A stretch of 32,000 nucleotides of DNA. Source: Candidatus Electronema halotolerans (GTDB lineage: Bacteria; Desulfobacterota; Desulfobulbia; Desulfobulbales; Desulfobulbaceae). The stretch is from assembly GCA_942493095.1 (NCBI GenBank), contig OW818675.1, positions 3,167,951-3,199,950 of the forward strand, written 5' to 3'. A program made the translations under genes and the position numbers. Shown piece after piece: positions 9,082 to 18,474 of the stretch; position 1 is the stretch's first letter, and every line of letters starts with the position of its first letter. Below the pieces are notes generated by a model. That model did not search any database and was not told the DNA's origin. It worked only from the letters and a program-made list of their open reading frames with translations.

Positions 9082-10158
9082 TTATTCAACCGTATTGCTC
9101 TCCTCCTGCGGAACAGGCGGCGCAGCATCTGCCGGTTCTTGCGAAGGAGCAACGTTGCTTTCCTGTGCTGCCGGAACTGGAGAAGTCTGCTCTGCTTGCT
9201 CTGTCTGCCCTGAAGGAGCAGCGGCAGGAACTGATGCAGCCTCCGCCTTCTTCACCAGCAAACTCTCCCGCTTCACCTTGGTCAGCTCCTCAGCCTGCCA
9301 CTTGCCGACCTTGAAATACAGCTCGCTGTTCGACATCTTGAGGACATACTCATCCTTGTCCTTGGCTAAGTTATACGTCACTGTGCTGCCGTCATTCTTA
9401 GTAACGACAAACTGCACAGCCGGGGCCTGCTGGAAGAGCGGGGCCGCTTTCGCCGGATCAAGCACGGCCTCGACACTCAGGCCGGTGATCGTGTTGAGCA
9501 GCTTGTCCACCTCATCCTTGGAGGCTTCGCCCTCCGCCGCGCCGTCCAAGAGCCAGTCCTTGTCCTTGCGGGTCAGGGAAATATCCCCTGTCGTCACCTG
9601 CTTCAGCTCCTCCCGGTTCAGGCGGGCAACGGTCTTATCCAACCAGCCGTCTGCTGTCGCCTCTGCGTCAAAGTCGCTGACCGGAATGGTGAAGACCGCA
9701 GCCTGCCCATTGACGCGGGCGTAGCTCTGCCGCAGTCCTGCCGACTTGCCGAGATAGAAATCAGCAACGATCTTGTCGCCTTCCTTGAAGACGAGATGGC
9801 GGTTGAAGTCCTTGTCCGCTGTCTGGAAGCGTTTGGCCGCCCCCTCAGTCGAGGCCACAGCCAGCCCTTGCTTGGCTGCCGCGATTTTCTTCAGCAGACT
9901 TTCAACCTGGCTGCTGTTCGCAGGCGCGGAAAAAGCATCCGGCAGCAGCCAGCTCTTGTCCTTTTTGCGCAGAGTGACCTTCTTGCCGTCGCCCGCGCTG
10001 ATCTGCACCGTGCTGATCTTGTCAGGACTGAAGGCAAGGAAAAGGGCGTTCGGCTGGGCCGCATTCAGGCCGGAGCTGCTGCGCACTTGCAAGAAAAGAG
10101 CCGCGCCCAGTTGGAGAACAAGCAGGGCCGCTGCCGCATATATCAGACGTTGAATCAT
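9082..10158 (-). CDS. DUF4340 domain-containing protein
   Basis: MIQRLIYAAAALLVLQLGAALFLQVRSS...FSPDKISTVQISAGDGKKVTLRKKDKSWLLPDAFSAPANSSQVESLLKKI. Downstream of and coupled to the Gldg-type permease. An ATG at 10164 is also possible. Confidence 0.82.
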   Translation of the reverse strand: MIQRLIYAAAALLVLQLGAALFLQVRSSSGLNAAQPNALFLAFSPDKISTVQISAGDGKKVTLRKKDKSWLLPDAFSAPANSSQVESLLKKIAAAKQGLAVASTEGAAKRFQTADKDFNRHLVFKEGDKIVADFYLGKSAGLRQSYARVNGQAAVFTIPVSDFDAEATADGWLDKTVARLNREELKQVTTGDISLTRKDKDWLLDGAAEGEASKDEVDKLLNTITGLSVEAVLDPAKAAPLFQQAPAVQFVVTKNDGSTVTYNLAKDKDEYVLKMSNSELYFKVGKWQAEELTKVKRESLLVKKAEAASVPAAAPSGQTEQAEQTSPVPAAQESNVAPSQEPADAAPPVPQEESNTVE

Positions 10159-10160
10159 GG

Positions 10161-13070
10161 TCATACCCTCCCAGAAATCGGTTGCAGAAAGGCGAGTTGC
10201 GCCCGCTTGGTCCGCTGCTGGAGCTGCTGCCTGATCAGCCAGATCAGAGCCAGTCCGAGCAGGGCCAAGGCATAATTGAGATACTCAATGACCATCTGCT
10301 TCTGCTTGCTCATCGGCGCAAGGGTGCGGGAGAAATGGCCGCGTCCCCGGATGGCGAGCAGACCCCGGTCTTCGAGCGACCAGTCAACCGCATTGGCCGC
10401 AAGCTGCACCGGAGCTAAATAACTGCTGCGCATGACGCTGGAGCTGATGCCAAGAATCGGGTCGCTGAGGAAACTGCTGGAGGCAAAGAGAATGATCCGG
10501 GCTGTGTCTGGCGACTTGTCCAACTGGCGGATGATCACCTGTTCTTTTTTCTCCTTGTCATCCTTTTTATCACCATCTGATTTCGGCTTTTCCTCGGCCT
10601 TGTCATCCTGTTGCAGCAAGGGCGAGGGTTTGCCAGCAAAATAGGAAGCAAAGCTGCCTTCCACTGCCGCTGCCAGCAGATGCTTTTCCTGTTTGCCCTC
10701 AATCGCAAAGCCCAAGTCAGGGTAGCGGTCAAAATCCGGCTGAATCTCAGTGGAAGAGGAAAGCCAGCTCTTGTCCGAGCTTTCCAGGAGGCGGATGACC
10801 TTGCGGCCTTTGTTCTTGGCCTGATCAATGCTGATCGGCGAGGCCCAGTTCAGGGTGATTTGATTCAGGCCGACTGTGAGACCGCTGTCCTCGTTCATGC
10901 CATCCGGGCGGATGTCAGCAAAATACGGATACTTGACTAAATGCGTCTCGCGCACCGTGAAGCCGCCGATCTGCCGCTCCGCAGGCACTGGAAAGGGACT
11001 GTTCTGCAGATCAAGCACCAGCTTTTTATCCATACTGATGCCGTAATGGGCCAGCCAGTCTTCCAGCCCGGTTTTTTCCGGGGCAATGGACAAAGCACCG
11101 TCCAAATTGATCTTATAGGGCGAGGCGGCAATGATCACCGTGCCGCCCTGCATGAGGAACTGATCAACCGCAAAAAGCTGCTGCTCGTCCAGATTTTCCG
11201 GCGCAGCCAGAAGCAGCAGGTCAGCCTCGCTCGGCACCTGACCTTTGCGCAAATCCGTGTCTTTGACGACATGCTCCTGCGAGAGCACATCCTTCAACGC
11301 AGTAAAGGGGAGACCATGTCCCGGCATCCCGAACTGGGGCATGGGCGGACTGCTCTCCGGCACGTTCAGAGCCACGGTCTTGGCAAAACCGCTGGCAAAA
11401 CGCTTCAGCCCGGCTTGCAAGGACTGGCGCAGGCTTTCTTTGGCCAAATCGTCGGGCAGGGGAATTTCCAGCACCTGCTCGCCGCTGGCCAAGGTGATGT
11501 AGAACCAGAAGGTGTTCCGGTCAAAAAGACTGGCGGTCATGGGCTGGAAGCCGAATTCCTCCTTGATTTTCTGAGCTGTCTTGCCGTTGTCCGCATCCGG
11601 GTCAGCCACGCTGTAGCTGAAGCGGCCATTGCTTTCTGCTTTCAAATCCTTGGCCAGATCAAGCAGATCAGCCTTGAGCTTGCGCAGCTCCTCCGGCAGC
11701 AGCTCATCAGGTGAGAAATAGCCGGTCAGGGTCACGGGCTTGCTGATCGAGCTGAACAGGTCGCCGCCGCCTTGGTAACTGTAGAGTACCTTCTTGATGG
11801 CCCGCGTGATGTCATACTCAGGGTTGCGCAGGTCAACATCAAGATTGCGCTCGTCCTGGGCCTTGACTTCGATGAGGTCGCGGAAGCCGAGCGTCTCAAA
11901 CTGGTCGCCGTAACGAATCAAGATGTCAAAATAGGAGTTAGTGACCGAGGCCTGATACTTGCTCGCGGTCTGGAAGGGCACAGGCTGGATGCCGTACTTC
12001 TGGCCTGCTTCCTTTTCCAAGTCCGGGTGTTCTGCTGGATCAACAAATTCCACCCGCACCTTGTCGCCGCCTGCGACAGCGTATTCTGCCAGCAGGTCGC
12101 GCAGACGCGGCACCAAGGGAGCCAGCAAAGGATGGGTCTGGGCCGAGAAATAGCCTCGGATCAGCAGCGGCTCGCGGAGCTGGTGGAGATAGCTGCGCGT
12201 GGCCTCAGAAATGGAATAGATATGCCCCTTGGTTATGTCAGCGCGGATGCTGTTGAGCGGGGCCAGCCAGAAGTTGGCTGCCAAGAAGTTGGCAATCAGC
12301 AGGCCGATGGCGATTTGCCAGCTCTTATGATGGCTGCTGGTTGGATTGTCCGCCCAGCGGATTTTCTCCAAGCCGTAGATGTTGAGGCTGAGAAAAATTG
12401 CCGTGATGCAGATATAATAGTAAATATCGCGCAGGTCGATCACCCCGCGTGTGATGGATTTGAAGCGCGAGCCGGAGCCGAGCAGTTGCAGGAGTTCCGC
12501 GCCTTGGTTGCCAAAAAAGGCGGACAGGGTGTCAGAACCTATCATGTAAAGCAGGCCGCAGATCAGCGACGCAGCGATCAGGCTGACAATCTGGCTCTCT
12601 GACTTGATGCTGACAAAAAGACCGATGGCAATGTATGCCGCAGATAGGCAGAGCGCGGCCACATAACCGCCTATAACCGGCCCCCAGTCCAGCGGCCCCA
12701 AAAAACTCACTGTGATGGCGAGCGGCAGGGTCAGGAGCAGGGCCAAGGCAATCAGGCCGAGGCAGGCGAGAAATTTTCCCAAGACCAAAGAGAGAGGCCG
12801 CACCGGCGCGGTCAGGAGAAATTCCAAGGTTCCGGCCCGCCGTTCCTCCGCCCAGATCCGCATGGTGATGGCGGCGGAAAGAAAGATCAGCAGCACGGGC
12901 ATCCACTCGAACAGCGGGCGAATGTCAGCGATATTTCTGGAGAAGAAGGTCTCAACCCAGAAAAAGACGAACAGGGAGACTGCCAAAAATGCGCCCAGGA
13001 CAATAAAGGCTGCCGGACTGCTGAAAAATGCGCCAAACTCCTTTTTGGCGACACGTAAAATCGTGCTCAT
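10161..13070 (-). CDS. Fused ABC-2 permease (GldF-like) and GldG-like auxiliary protein
   Basis: 969 aa. N-terminal ABC-2 permease MSTILRVAKKEFGAFFSSPAAFIVLGAFLAVSLFVFF and RAGTLEFLLTAPVRPLSLVLGKF, then GldG-like periplasmic part LSEATRSYLHQLREPLLIRGYFSAQTHPLLAPLVPRLRDLLAEY and a C-terminal TM. Confidence 0.86.
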   Translation of the reverse strand: MSTILRVAKKEFGAFFSSPAAFIVLGAFLAVSLFVFFWVETFFSRNIADIRPLFEWMPVLLIFLSAAITMRIWAEERRAGTLEFLLTAPVRPLSLVLGKFLACLGLIALALLLTLPLAITVSFLGPLDWGPVIGGYVAALCLSAAYIAIGLFVSIKSESQIVSLIAASLICGLLYMIGSDTLSAFFGNQGAELLQLLGSGSRFKSITRGVIDLRDIYYYICITAIFLSLNIYGLEKIRWADNPTSSHHKSWQIAIGLLIANFLAANFWLAPLNSIRADITKGHIYSISEATRSYLHQLREPLLIRGYFSAQTHPLLAPLVPRLRDLLAEYAVAGGDKVRVEFVDPAEHPDLEKEAGQKYGIQPVPFQTASKYQASVTNSYFDILIRYGDQFETLGFRDLIEVKAQDERNLDVDLRNPEYDITRAIKKVLYSYQGGGDLFSSISKPVTLTGYFSPDELLPEELRKLKADLLDLAKDLKAESNGRFSYSVADPDADNGKTAQKIKEEFGFQPMTASLFDRNTFWFYITLASGEQVLEIPLPDDLAKESLRQSLQAGLKRFASGFAKTVALNVPESSPPMPQFGMPGHGLPFTALKDVLSQEHVVKDTDLRKGQVPSEADLLLLAAPENLDEQQLFAVDQFLMQGGTVIIAASPYKINLDGALSIAPEKTGLEDWLAHYGISMDKKLVLDLQNSPFPVPAERQIGGFTVRETHLVKYPYFADIRPDGMNEDSGLTVGLNQITLNWASPISIDQAKNKGRKVIRLLESSDKSWLSSSTEIQPDFDRYPDLGFAIEGKQEKHLLAAAVEGSFASYFAGKPSPLLQQDDKAEEKPKSDGDKKDDKEKKEQVIIRQLDKSPDTARIILFASSSFLSDPILGISSSVMRSSYLAPVQLAANAVDWSLEDRGLLAIRGRGHFSRTLAPMSKQKQMVIEYLNYALALLGLALIWLIRQQLQQRTKRAQLAFLQPISGRV

Positions 13071-13085
13071 TGCGTTTTCCTCCTT

Positions 13086-13997
13086 TCAGCCGCTGATCTC
13101 GGCGAACACTGTTTCCAAGGTTCTGGTCTCAAAATGCAGGGCATAAAGCGGCCAGTTCTGCTCCTGCACTGCCTTGGCAATGGCAGCGGCAGCCTCTTTG
13201 TTGTCGATGCCGTTGTGCAGCTCCAAGGCAAAAGCACTTTTCCCGGCAGCAGCTGCCTTGGCGACCTGCGGCAGAGAGCTGAACAGCCGCAGAGCCTGCT
13301 CCTGCTCTGCCTTGGTGCTGACCAGCAGCCTGCCGCTCTGGCGCAGTTCGTCAAGACGGGCATCCAGAGCGACGCAGCCGTTTTTAATGATGATCACCCT
13401 GCCGCAAATTGCCTGCACCTCTTGGAGAATATGGGTGGAAATGATCACGGTGGCGGTCTTGGCCAGCTCGGTGATCAGGCTGCGCATCTGAAGAATCTGG
13501 GTCGGATCAAGGCCGTTGGTCGGCTCGTCAAGGATGAGGATTTCCGGCTTGTGGAGGATGGCTTGAGCCACGCCGACCCGCTGCCGGTAGCCGCGTGACA
13601 GGGTGGCAATCGGTTCTGCCGCCTTTGCCGCCAAGGCAGTGCGCTCCACTGCCTCCCGCACCAGAGCGGGCCGTTCTTTCTCGGCGATGCCGTGCAGGGC
13701 GGCGCAGTAGTCAAGATAGCCGAGAATGCTCATCTCCGCGTAAGCTGGGCAGTTTTCCGGCAGGTAGCCAATCTTTTCCTGGATTTTCCGCCGGTCACTG
13801 CTGATGCTCAGGCTGTCAATGCGGATGCTGCCTGCGGTGGGTTCCAGATAGCCAGTCATCATCTTCATGACCGTGGTCTTGCCTGCGCCGTTGTGGCCGA
13901 GCAGACCGACAATTTCACCGGGGCTGATCTCGAACGAGACATTGTTGACCGCTGTGAAGTCCCCGTATTTTCTGGTCAGTTTTTCAACGTTGATCAT
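13086..13997 (-). CDS. ABC transporter ATP-binding protein (GldA-like)
   Basis: Walker A GHNGAGKTT, signature LSRGYRQRVGVAQAI, Walker B ILILDEPTNGLDP. ATG at 13997 sits behind a GAGGAG site. Confidence 0.93.
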   Translation of the reverse strand: MINVEKLTRKYGDFTAVNNVSFEISPGEIVGLLGHNGAGKTTVMKMMTGYLEPTAGSIRIDSLSISSDRRKIQEKIGYLPENCPAYAEMSILGYLDYCAALHGIAEKERPALVREAVERTALAAKAAEPIATLSRGYRQRVGVAQAILHKPEILILDEPTNGLDPTQILQMRSLITELAKTATVIISTHILQEVQAICGRVIIIKNGCVALDARLDELRQSGRLLVSTKAEQEQALRLFSSLPQVAKAAAAGKSAFALELHNGIDNKEAAAAIAKAVQEQNWPLYALHFETRTLETVFAEISG

Positions 13998-14383
13998 GGG
14001 CAATCTCCTCAGATCGTTTTGTTGAACGAAAAAGATTCCCGCTGGAAAAACTGGGATGCAGCGATATCAGGGCAGGGGTTGCAGAAAGTCTCGCAGCAGT
14101 TTTCCGCAGGCGCGGAACGGGACCTGTGCAGCCGGAGCCGGGATGCTCTGGCAAGGCGCAGAGTTTCCAGCAAAGGAAGCAACCGGCGGAAATAATAAAA
14201 TCAGCAGCGGAAAAGTCAAGGGGCTGGAGTCCTTTTTCTGATGCTCGTTACGATTTCTGAACCATCCATCATGTCTCTTTCGTTTGCGCTCTCAAGGAGA
14301 ATATGGTAATGATGATGCGCCATGCTGAACGACAATGTCCTTTCCAAGGAATCTGACCGCAACTCTTCAACCTGATTGCAACA

Positions 14384-15781
14384 ATGTCCCGCTGTTCACG
14401 CAGTCTTCCTGCCGCTCTTGTCCTGCTGCTCTGCACGCCCACGCTGCTGTTCGCCTCAGAGGGCGGCGGCCACGGACTGGCCATTTCGCCTGTCTGGATT
14501 TTCCCCTTTGCCATGCTGCTGGGCTGCATTGCCGTCCTGCCGCTCGTGGTTCATCACTGGTGGGAGCACAACCGCAACCGGGCCATCATCAGCGGCTCGT
14601 TCGCGCTCATCTTTGCTGTCTATCTGCTGCTCAATTTTGGTCATGCGGGCTGGGTGGCCCTGTATCACGCCATCTTGTATGAATATCTGCCCTTCATCGT
14701 TCTGCTGGGCGCGCTGTTCATCATTTCCGGTGGAATCTATATCAAAGGCTCTTTGGCAGGCAGCCCGCTTTCCAACACGGTCATGCTGCTCATTGGGGCG
14801 GTCAGCTCCAGCTTTATCGGCACCACCGGCGCATCCATGGTCCTGATCCGTCCTTTTATCAGGGCTAACGAGAAGCGGGAGCAGAAGGTGCATCTTGTTG
14901 TCTTCTTTATCTTCATTGTTTCCAACTGCGGCGGCCTGCTCACCCCGCTCGGCGACCCGCCCCTGTTCCTCGGCTTTCTGAAAGGCGTTCATTTTAGCTG
15001 GACCCTGCGGCTTTGGAAGGAATGGCTGTTTGTCAACGGCGGCCTGCTTCTTACCGCCTATTGTCTCGATCATTTTGTCTTCAACCGCGAGAAGAAACGG
15101 CACAGCGTCGATGAGGCGATGCGGCACGAGCCGCTGCGCATTCTTGGCTGGCACAATTTCTTGTTCTTGGCCGGAATTGTGCTGGTCATTCTTGGCAAAG
15201 GCGAAGGCTGGGGCGGCGAATGGCCCTTTGGCATGCAGGAGGGTCTGATGGCCGGAATTGCGCTGGCTGCCTATTTCACCACCAGAAAGGGCATTCGCAG
15301 ATGCAACCGGTTTTCTTTTACTCCGATCATTGAGGTGGCCATCCTTTTTGCAGGCATTTTCATCACCATGATTGCCCCGCTCATGGTCCTCAACACGCAC
15401 GGCAAGGAACTGGGCCTGAACGAGCCGTGGCATTTTTTCTGGGCAACCGGCCTGCTGTCCAGCTTTCTTGACAACGCCCCGACCTATCTGACCTTTGCCG
15501 CCACTGCCTGCGGCCATCTTGGGGTCAGTGTGGAAGGACAGAAATATCTGGCTGAATTCCTTGCCGTTGGCGGTGCTGAAGCGGCCCGCCTGCTGGTGGC
15601 GATTTCCTGCGGCGCGGTCTTCATGGGAGCCAACACCTATATTGGCAATGGCCCCAATTTCATGGTCAAGGCCATTGCCGAGGAGAACGGAGTCAGGATG
15701 CCGAGCTTCTTTGGCTACATGGCTTGGTCAGGAGCGATTCTGATTCCCCTGTTTATTTTGGTGACAGTGGTATTTTTCTAA
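14384..15781 (+). CDS. NhaD-like sodium:proton antiporter / citrate-transporter superfamily protein
   Basis: 465 aa polytopic protein with IGAVSSSFIGTTGASMVLIRPFIRANEKR, FIVSNCGGLLTPLGDPPLFLGFLKG and LDNAPTYLTFAATACG. Confidence 0.85.
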   Translation: MSRCSRSLPAALVLLLCTPTLLFASEGGGHGLAISPVWIFPFAMLLGCIAVLPLVVHHWWEHNRNRAIISGSFALIFAVYLLLNFGHAGWVALYHAILYEYLPFIVLLGALFIISGGIYIKGSLAGSPLSNTVMLLIGAVSSSFIGTTGASMVLIRPFIRANEKREQKVHLVVFFIFIVSNCGGLLTPLGDPPLFLGFLKGVHFSWTLRLWKEWLFVNGGLLLTAYCLDHFVFNREKKRHSVDEAMRHEPLRILGWHNFLFLAGIVLVILGKGEGWGGEWPFGMQEGLMAGIALAAYFTTRKGIRRCNRFSFTPIIEVAILFAGIFITMIAPLMVLNTHGKELGLNEPWHFFWATGLLSSFLDNAPTYLTFAATACGHLGVSVEGQKYLAEFLAVGGAEAARLLVAISCGAVFMGANTYIGNGPNFMVKAIAEENGVRMPSFFGYMAWSGAILIPLFILVTVVFF

Positions 15782-15851
15782 GGTTGCTGCTACAATGCCC
15801 GGCGGACATGATGATGAACGGCATTCTGCAACCAGCAAACAAGGTGTGAAG

Positions 15852-16520
15852 ATGAAAAAAACGTTTTTCTGGCCAGCCGCGCTCGGTCTGGCCATTATCA
15901 GCAGCCCGGCGGCCAGCCACGGCCAGAACAGCAGCCCCTTGCTGCCGATTGAGGAATACAACCAGATCGCGTCCCAGCATCCCAATTTTGCTCCAGTCTA
16001 TTTTGAACGGGGCATGGCCCGCTTCAGTGCCAAAGACTATAGCAATGCCATCCCGGATCTGACCAAGGCGGCGCAGATGCGTCCCAATGATGCGGATGCG
16101 CATTACATGCGCGGGGCCGCCTATCTCGCCGCCGGTCAGCTTGATCAGGCGGTGACGGATTTGGACAAGGCTGCGGAACTGGAAAGAAACATGTTTGTCG
16201 AAACCTATAAAATGCGCGGCAATCTCTACTTGACCAGAGCCTATTTCAGCAAGACGGACAACAACCGCCTTGCCGATGCTGAGGCGGCAATCAAGAATTT
16301 TGATGAGATAGTCCGTCTCAATCCTGACTGCGCTGAAGCCCGCTACAACCGGGGGCGCGGCTATTTTGCCCAAGCCTATTTTTCCAATTCCAGTGCCGAG
16401 CAGGCTATTGCTGATTTTGACAAAGCCCTCAGCATCAATCCGAATTTTGAGGCGGCGCAGAAGGAACGGGAATCTGCGCTCAATTACGAGCAAACGCGTA
16501 ACGGGCAAAAGTTGCATTGA
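15852..16520 (+). CDS. Exported tetratricopeptide repeat protein
   Basis: Signal peptide MKKTFFWPAALGLAIISSPAASHG, then TPR units (APVYFERGMARFSAKDYSNAIPDLTKAAQMRPNDADAHYMRGAAYLAAGQLDQAVTDLDKAAEL). Confidence 0.85.
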   Translation: MKKTFFWPAALGLAIISSPAASHGQNSSPLLPIEEYNQIASQHPNFAPVYFERGMARFSAKDYSNAIPDLTKAAQMRPNDADAHYMRGAAYLAAGQLDQAVTDLDKAAELERNMFVETYKMRGNLYLTRAYFSKTDNNRLADAEAAIKNFDEIVRLNPDCAEARYNRGRGYFAQAYFSNSSAEQAIADFDKALSINPNFEAAQKERESALNYEQTRNGQKLH

Positions 16521-16526
16521 GCGCGA

Positions 16527-17057
16527 ATGGATGCCAGCCCCCTGATCTGCATTGGCCTTGGCTCCAATCTTGGCCAGTCCCGCAAGCTGCTCTTGGCTGC
16601 CTGGCAGGTCTTGGGTCAGCATCCAGAAATACGCCTGCAGCAGCTCTCCCAGCCCTGTAGGACCAAGCCGGTCGGCATGAGCAGTCCGCATTGGTTCATC
16701 AATGCCGCCGGTCTGCTGCGCAGCTCCCTCAGCCCGGCAGCCCTGCTGGAGGTGCTGCTGGCGATTGAGCAGCGTTTCGGCAGAGTCCGCTCGCCAGAAC
16801 AGCAGGGGCATCAGGACCGAACCCTTGATCTTGATCTGCTCCTGATTGATCAGCATGTTCTGCGGACAGCAGAGCTTGTCCTGCCCCATCCAAAAATGCA
16901 GGAACGCCTCTTTGTCCTCGCGCCGCTGGCCGAGATCGCCCCAAACCTGCGCCATCCGCTTCTGGGCAAAACCATTGCCGAGCTGCTGGCTGATCTGCTG
17001 CCGCAAACGGAAGCAGGTTCTGTGGAGCCAGTCGCGTGGGAGGATGAACCGCAATGA
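16527..17057 (+). CDS. folK: 2-amino-4-hydroxy-6-hydroxymethyldihydropteridine diphosphokinase
   Basis: [84 protein letters not shown]. Confidence 0.95.
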   Translation: MDASPLICIGLGSNLGQSRKLLLAAWQVLGQHPEIRLQQLSQPCRTKPVGMSSPHWFINAAGLLRSSLSPAALLEVLLAIEQRFGRVRSPEQQGHQDRTLDLDLLLIDQHVLRTAELVLPHPKMQERLFVLAPLAEIAPNLRHPLLGKTIAELLADLLPQTEAGSVEPVAWEDEPQ

Positions 17058-17187
17058 AAGCGAAAACGTTGCCCTGCCACTTCTCTATTGCCTGCCGCGC
17101 CGCTTTGTTATAAGGTTTGGCGCAGATTTCTTACAGGCCGCCTTCAGCGGCAGCACAACGCATTTTCATGAAAAAGGACACAAACAG

Positions 17188-17793
17188 ATGGGTTTATTAG
17201 CAGGCACAGCCTCGTTCACCCGCTTCACGGTGGAGGGCGAGCTGCCCGGCAATCCGTGGGATTTCATTGCCGAGCAGGTGGCAAAGCACAGTTTCAAGGA
17301 TATTGACGAGACCCTTGATGAATTTTCTCTGGGCTGGGTTTCGGTCGGCGACATGTTCGACTCCAACTTCGCTTACGGTTCCTATGCCGCAGGCGACTAT
17401 GTGGCTCTGTCCATGCGCGTGGATGAGCGGCGGGTTTCTGCGGCAGTGCTGAAGAAATTCGCGGCCAAGGAGGAGGCGCGGATTAAAGAGGAACAGGATC
17501 TGCGCCGCTTGAGCCGCAGCGTTCGGCTGGAGATCAAGGAGCGGCTCAAGGCCGAGCTGATGCGCAAATCGCCGCCGGTGCCCGCAGTCTATGATTTCTG
17601 CTGGAATGTGCCGCAGGGCCGGGCGATTTTCTTTTCCAACAGCCGCAAGCCGCTGGCTCTGCTCGAAGAGCTGTTCAAAGAAACCTTTGGCCTGTCCTTA
17701 GTCATGCAGGTGCCGTGGAACACGGCCTTGCAGCTTGTTGATGAGACCACTGCGGCCAAGTTGGACACCCTTCAGCCTTCCCTGCTTATCTGA
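17188..17793 (+). CDS. RdgC-like recombination-associated protein (short form)
   Basis: Probable start at 17188 (MGLLAGTASFTRFTVEGELPGNPWDFIAEQVAKHSFKDIDETLDEFSLGWVSVGDMFD). LALLEELFKETFGLSLVMQVPWNTAL is RdgC-like. Confidence 0.6.
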   Translation: MGLLAGTASFTRFTVEGELPGNPWDFIAEQVAKHSFKDIDETLDEFSLGWVSVGDMFDSNFAYGSYAAGDYVALSMRVDERRVSAAVLKKFAAKEEARIKEEQDLRRLSRSVRLEIKERLKAELMRKSPPVPAVYDFCWNVPQGRAIFFSNSRKPLALLEELFKETFGLSLVMQVPWNTALQLVDETTAAKLDTLQPSLLI

Positions 17794-17808
17794 CCCGGAG
17801 AAAACACA

Positions 17809-18360
17809 ATGGACCTGCTTGATCTGATAGAAGAAAAACGTTTTCTCGGCCAGGAGTTCCTGATCTGGCTCTGGTGCAGTTCCGAGGAGCGCGGCGGCAG
17901 CGTCATGCTGCCGGACCGGAGCGAAGTGTCAGTGCTCTTTGAAAAACACATGCTGCTTGAATTCGGCGAAGGGGCGGAGTGCGAGAAGCTGGTCTGCCGG
18001 GGCCAGATGACTGAACTGCGCGAGGCTCGCGCTGGTCTGGCCTTGGGCAAGAGGCCTGAGCAGGCCCGGCTCAAAATCATCCGTGACGAGCGCGAATACG
18101 GCTTCACTTTGACCGCCGCCACAATGGAATTCCGCAGCATGAAACTGCCTGCCACAGCGGGCGCGGATGATGGCGGCGATGACCGGGCCGGACTGGAAGG
18201 GCAGATTCTCGAACGCATTTCCCTGATCGAAGAGGGCATTGATTTGGTCAACGCCCTTTTCCGCCGCTTCCTGCTGCTCCGGGCCTCTGATGAATGGGCC
18301 AAGGAACTGATCAAGCTGCGGCAGTGGATCAGCAGCGGCCCAGAGTTCGCAGCGGCCTGA
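17809..18360 (+). CDS. Conserved hypothetical protein paired with the RdgC-like gene
   Basis: 183 aa, 15 nt downstream: MDLLDLIEEKRFLGQEFLIWLWCSSEERGGSVMLPD...LIEEGIDLVNALFRRFLLLRASDEW. Confidence 0.6.
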   Translation: MDLLDLIEEKRFLGQEFLIWLWCSSEERGGSVMLPDRSEVSVLFEKHMLLEFGEGAECEKLVCRGQMTELREARAGLALGKRPEQARLKIIRDEREYGFTLTAATMEFRSMKLPATAGADDGGDDRAGLEGQILERISLIEEGIDLVNALFRRFLLLRASDEWAKELIKLRQWISSGPEFAAA

Positions 18361-18474
18361 GCAAAAAGAAAAGTTGCCAAAGCAGACCACCCCCTCCTTT
18401 GGGGCAGGCGCAGCCTGACGGGGTGGTTGACAGGTTTCAAGAACGCAGAACCTCAACTACAACCATGCCCAGCC

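Noticed and set aside
11772-12602. 276-aa plus-strand ORF opposite the permease/GldG gene
   Set aside because: Fully embedded antisense to a well supported 969-aa protein; treated as a shadow ORF.
14456-15517. 353-aa minus-strand ORF opposite the antiporter
   Set aside because: Antisense to a clear polytopic transporter with good motifs; composition typical of a reversed membrane gene.
15753-17054. 433-aa minus-strand ORF opposite TPR protein and folK
   Set aside because: Spans two strongly supported plus-strand genes; no recognisable family features.
16846-17187. Upstream extension of the RdgC-like ORF overlapping folK
   Set aside because: Residues before MGLLAGTASF have a shadow-ORF character inside folK; the internal ATG at 17188 gives a sensible protein start.
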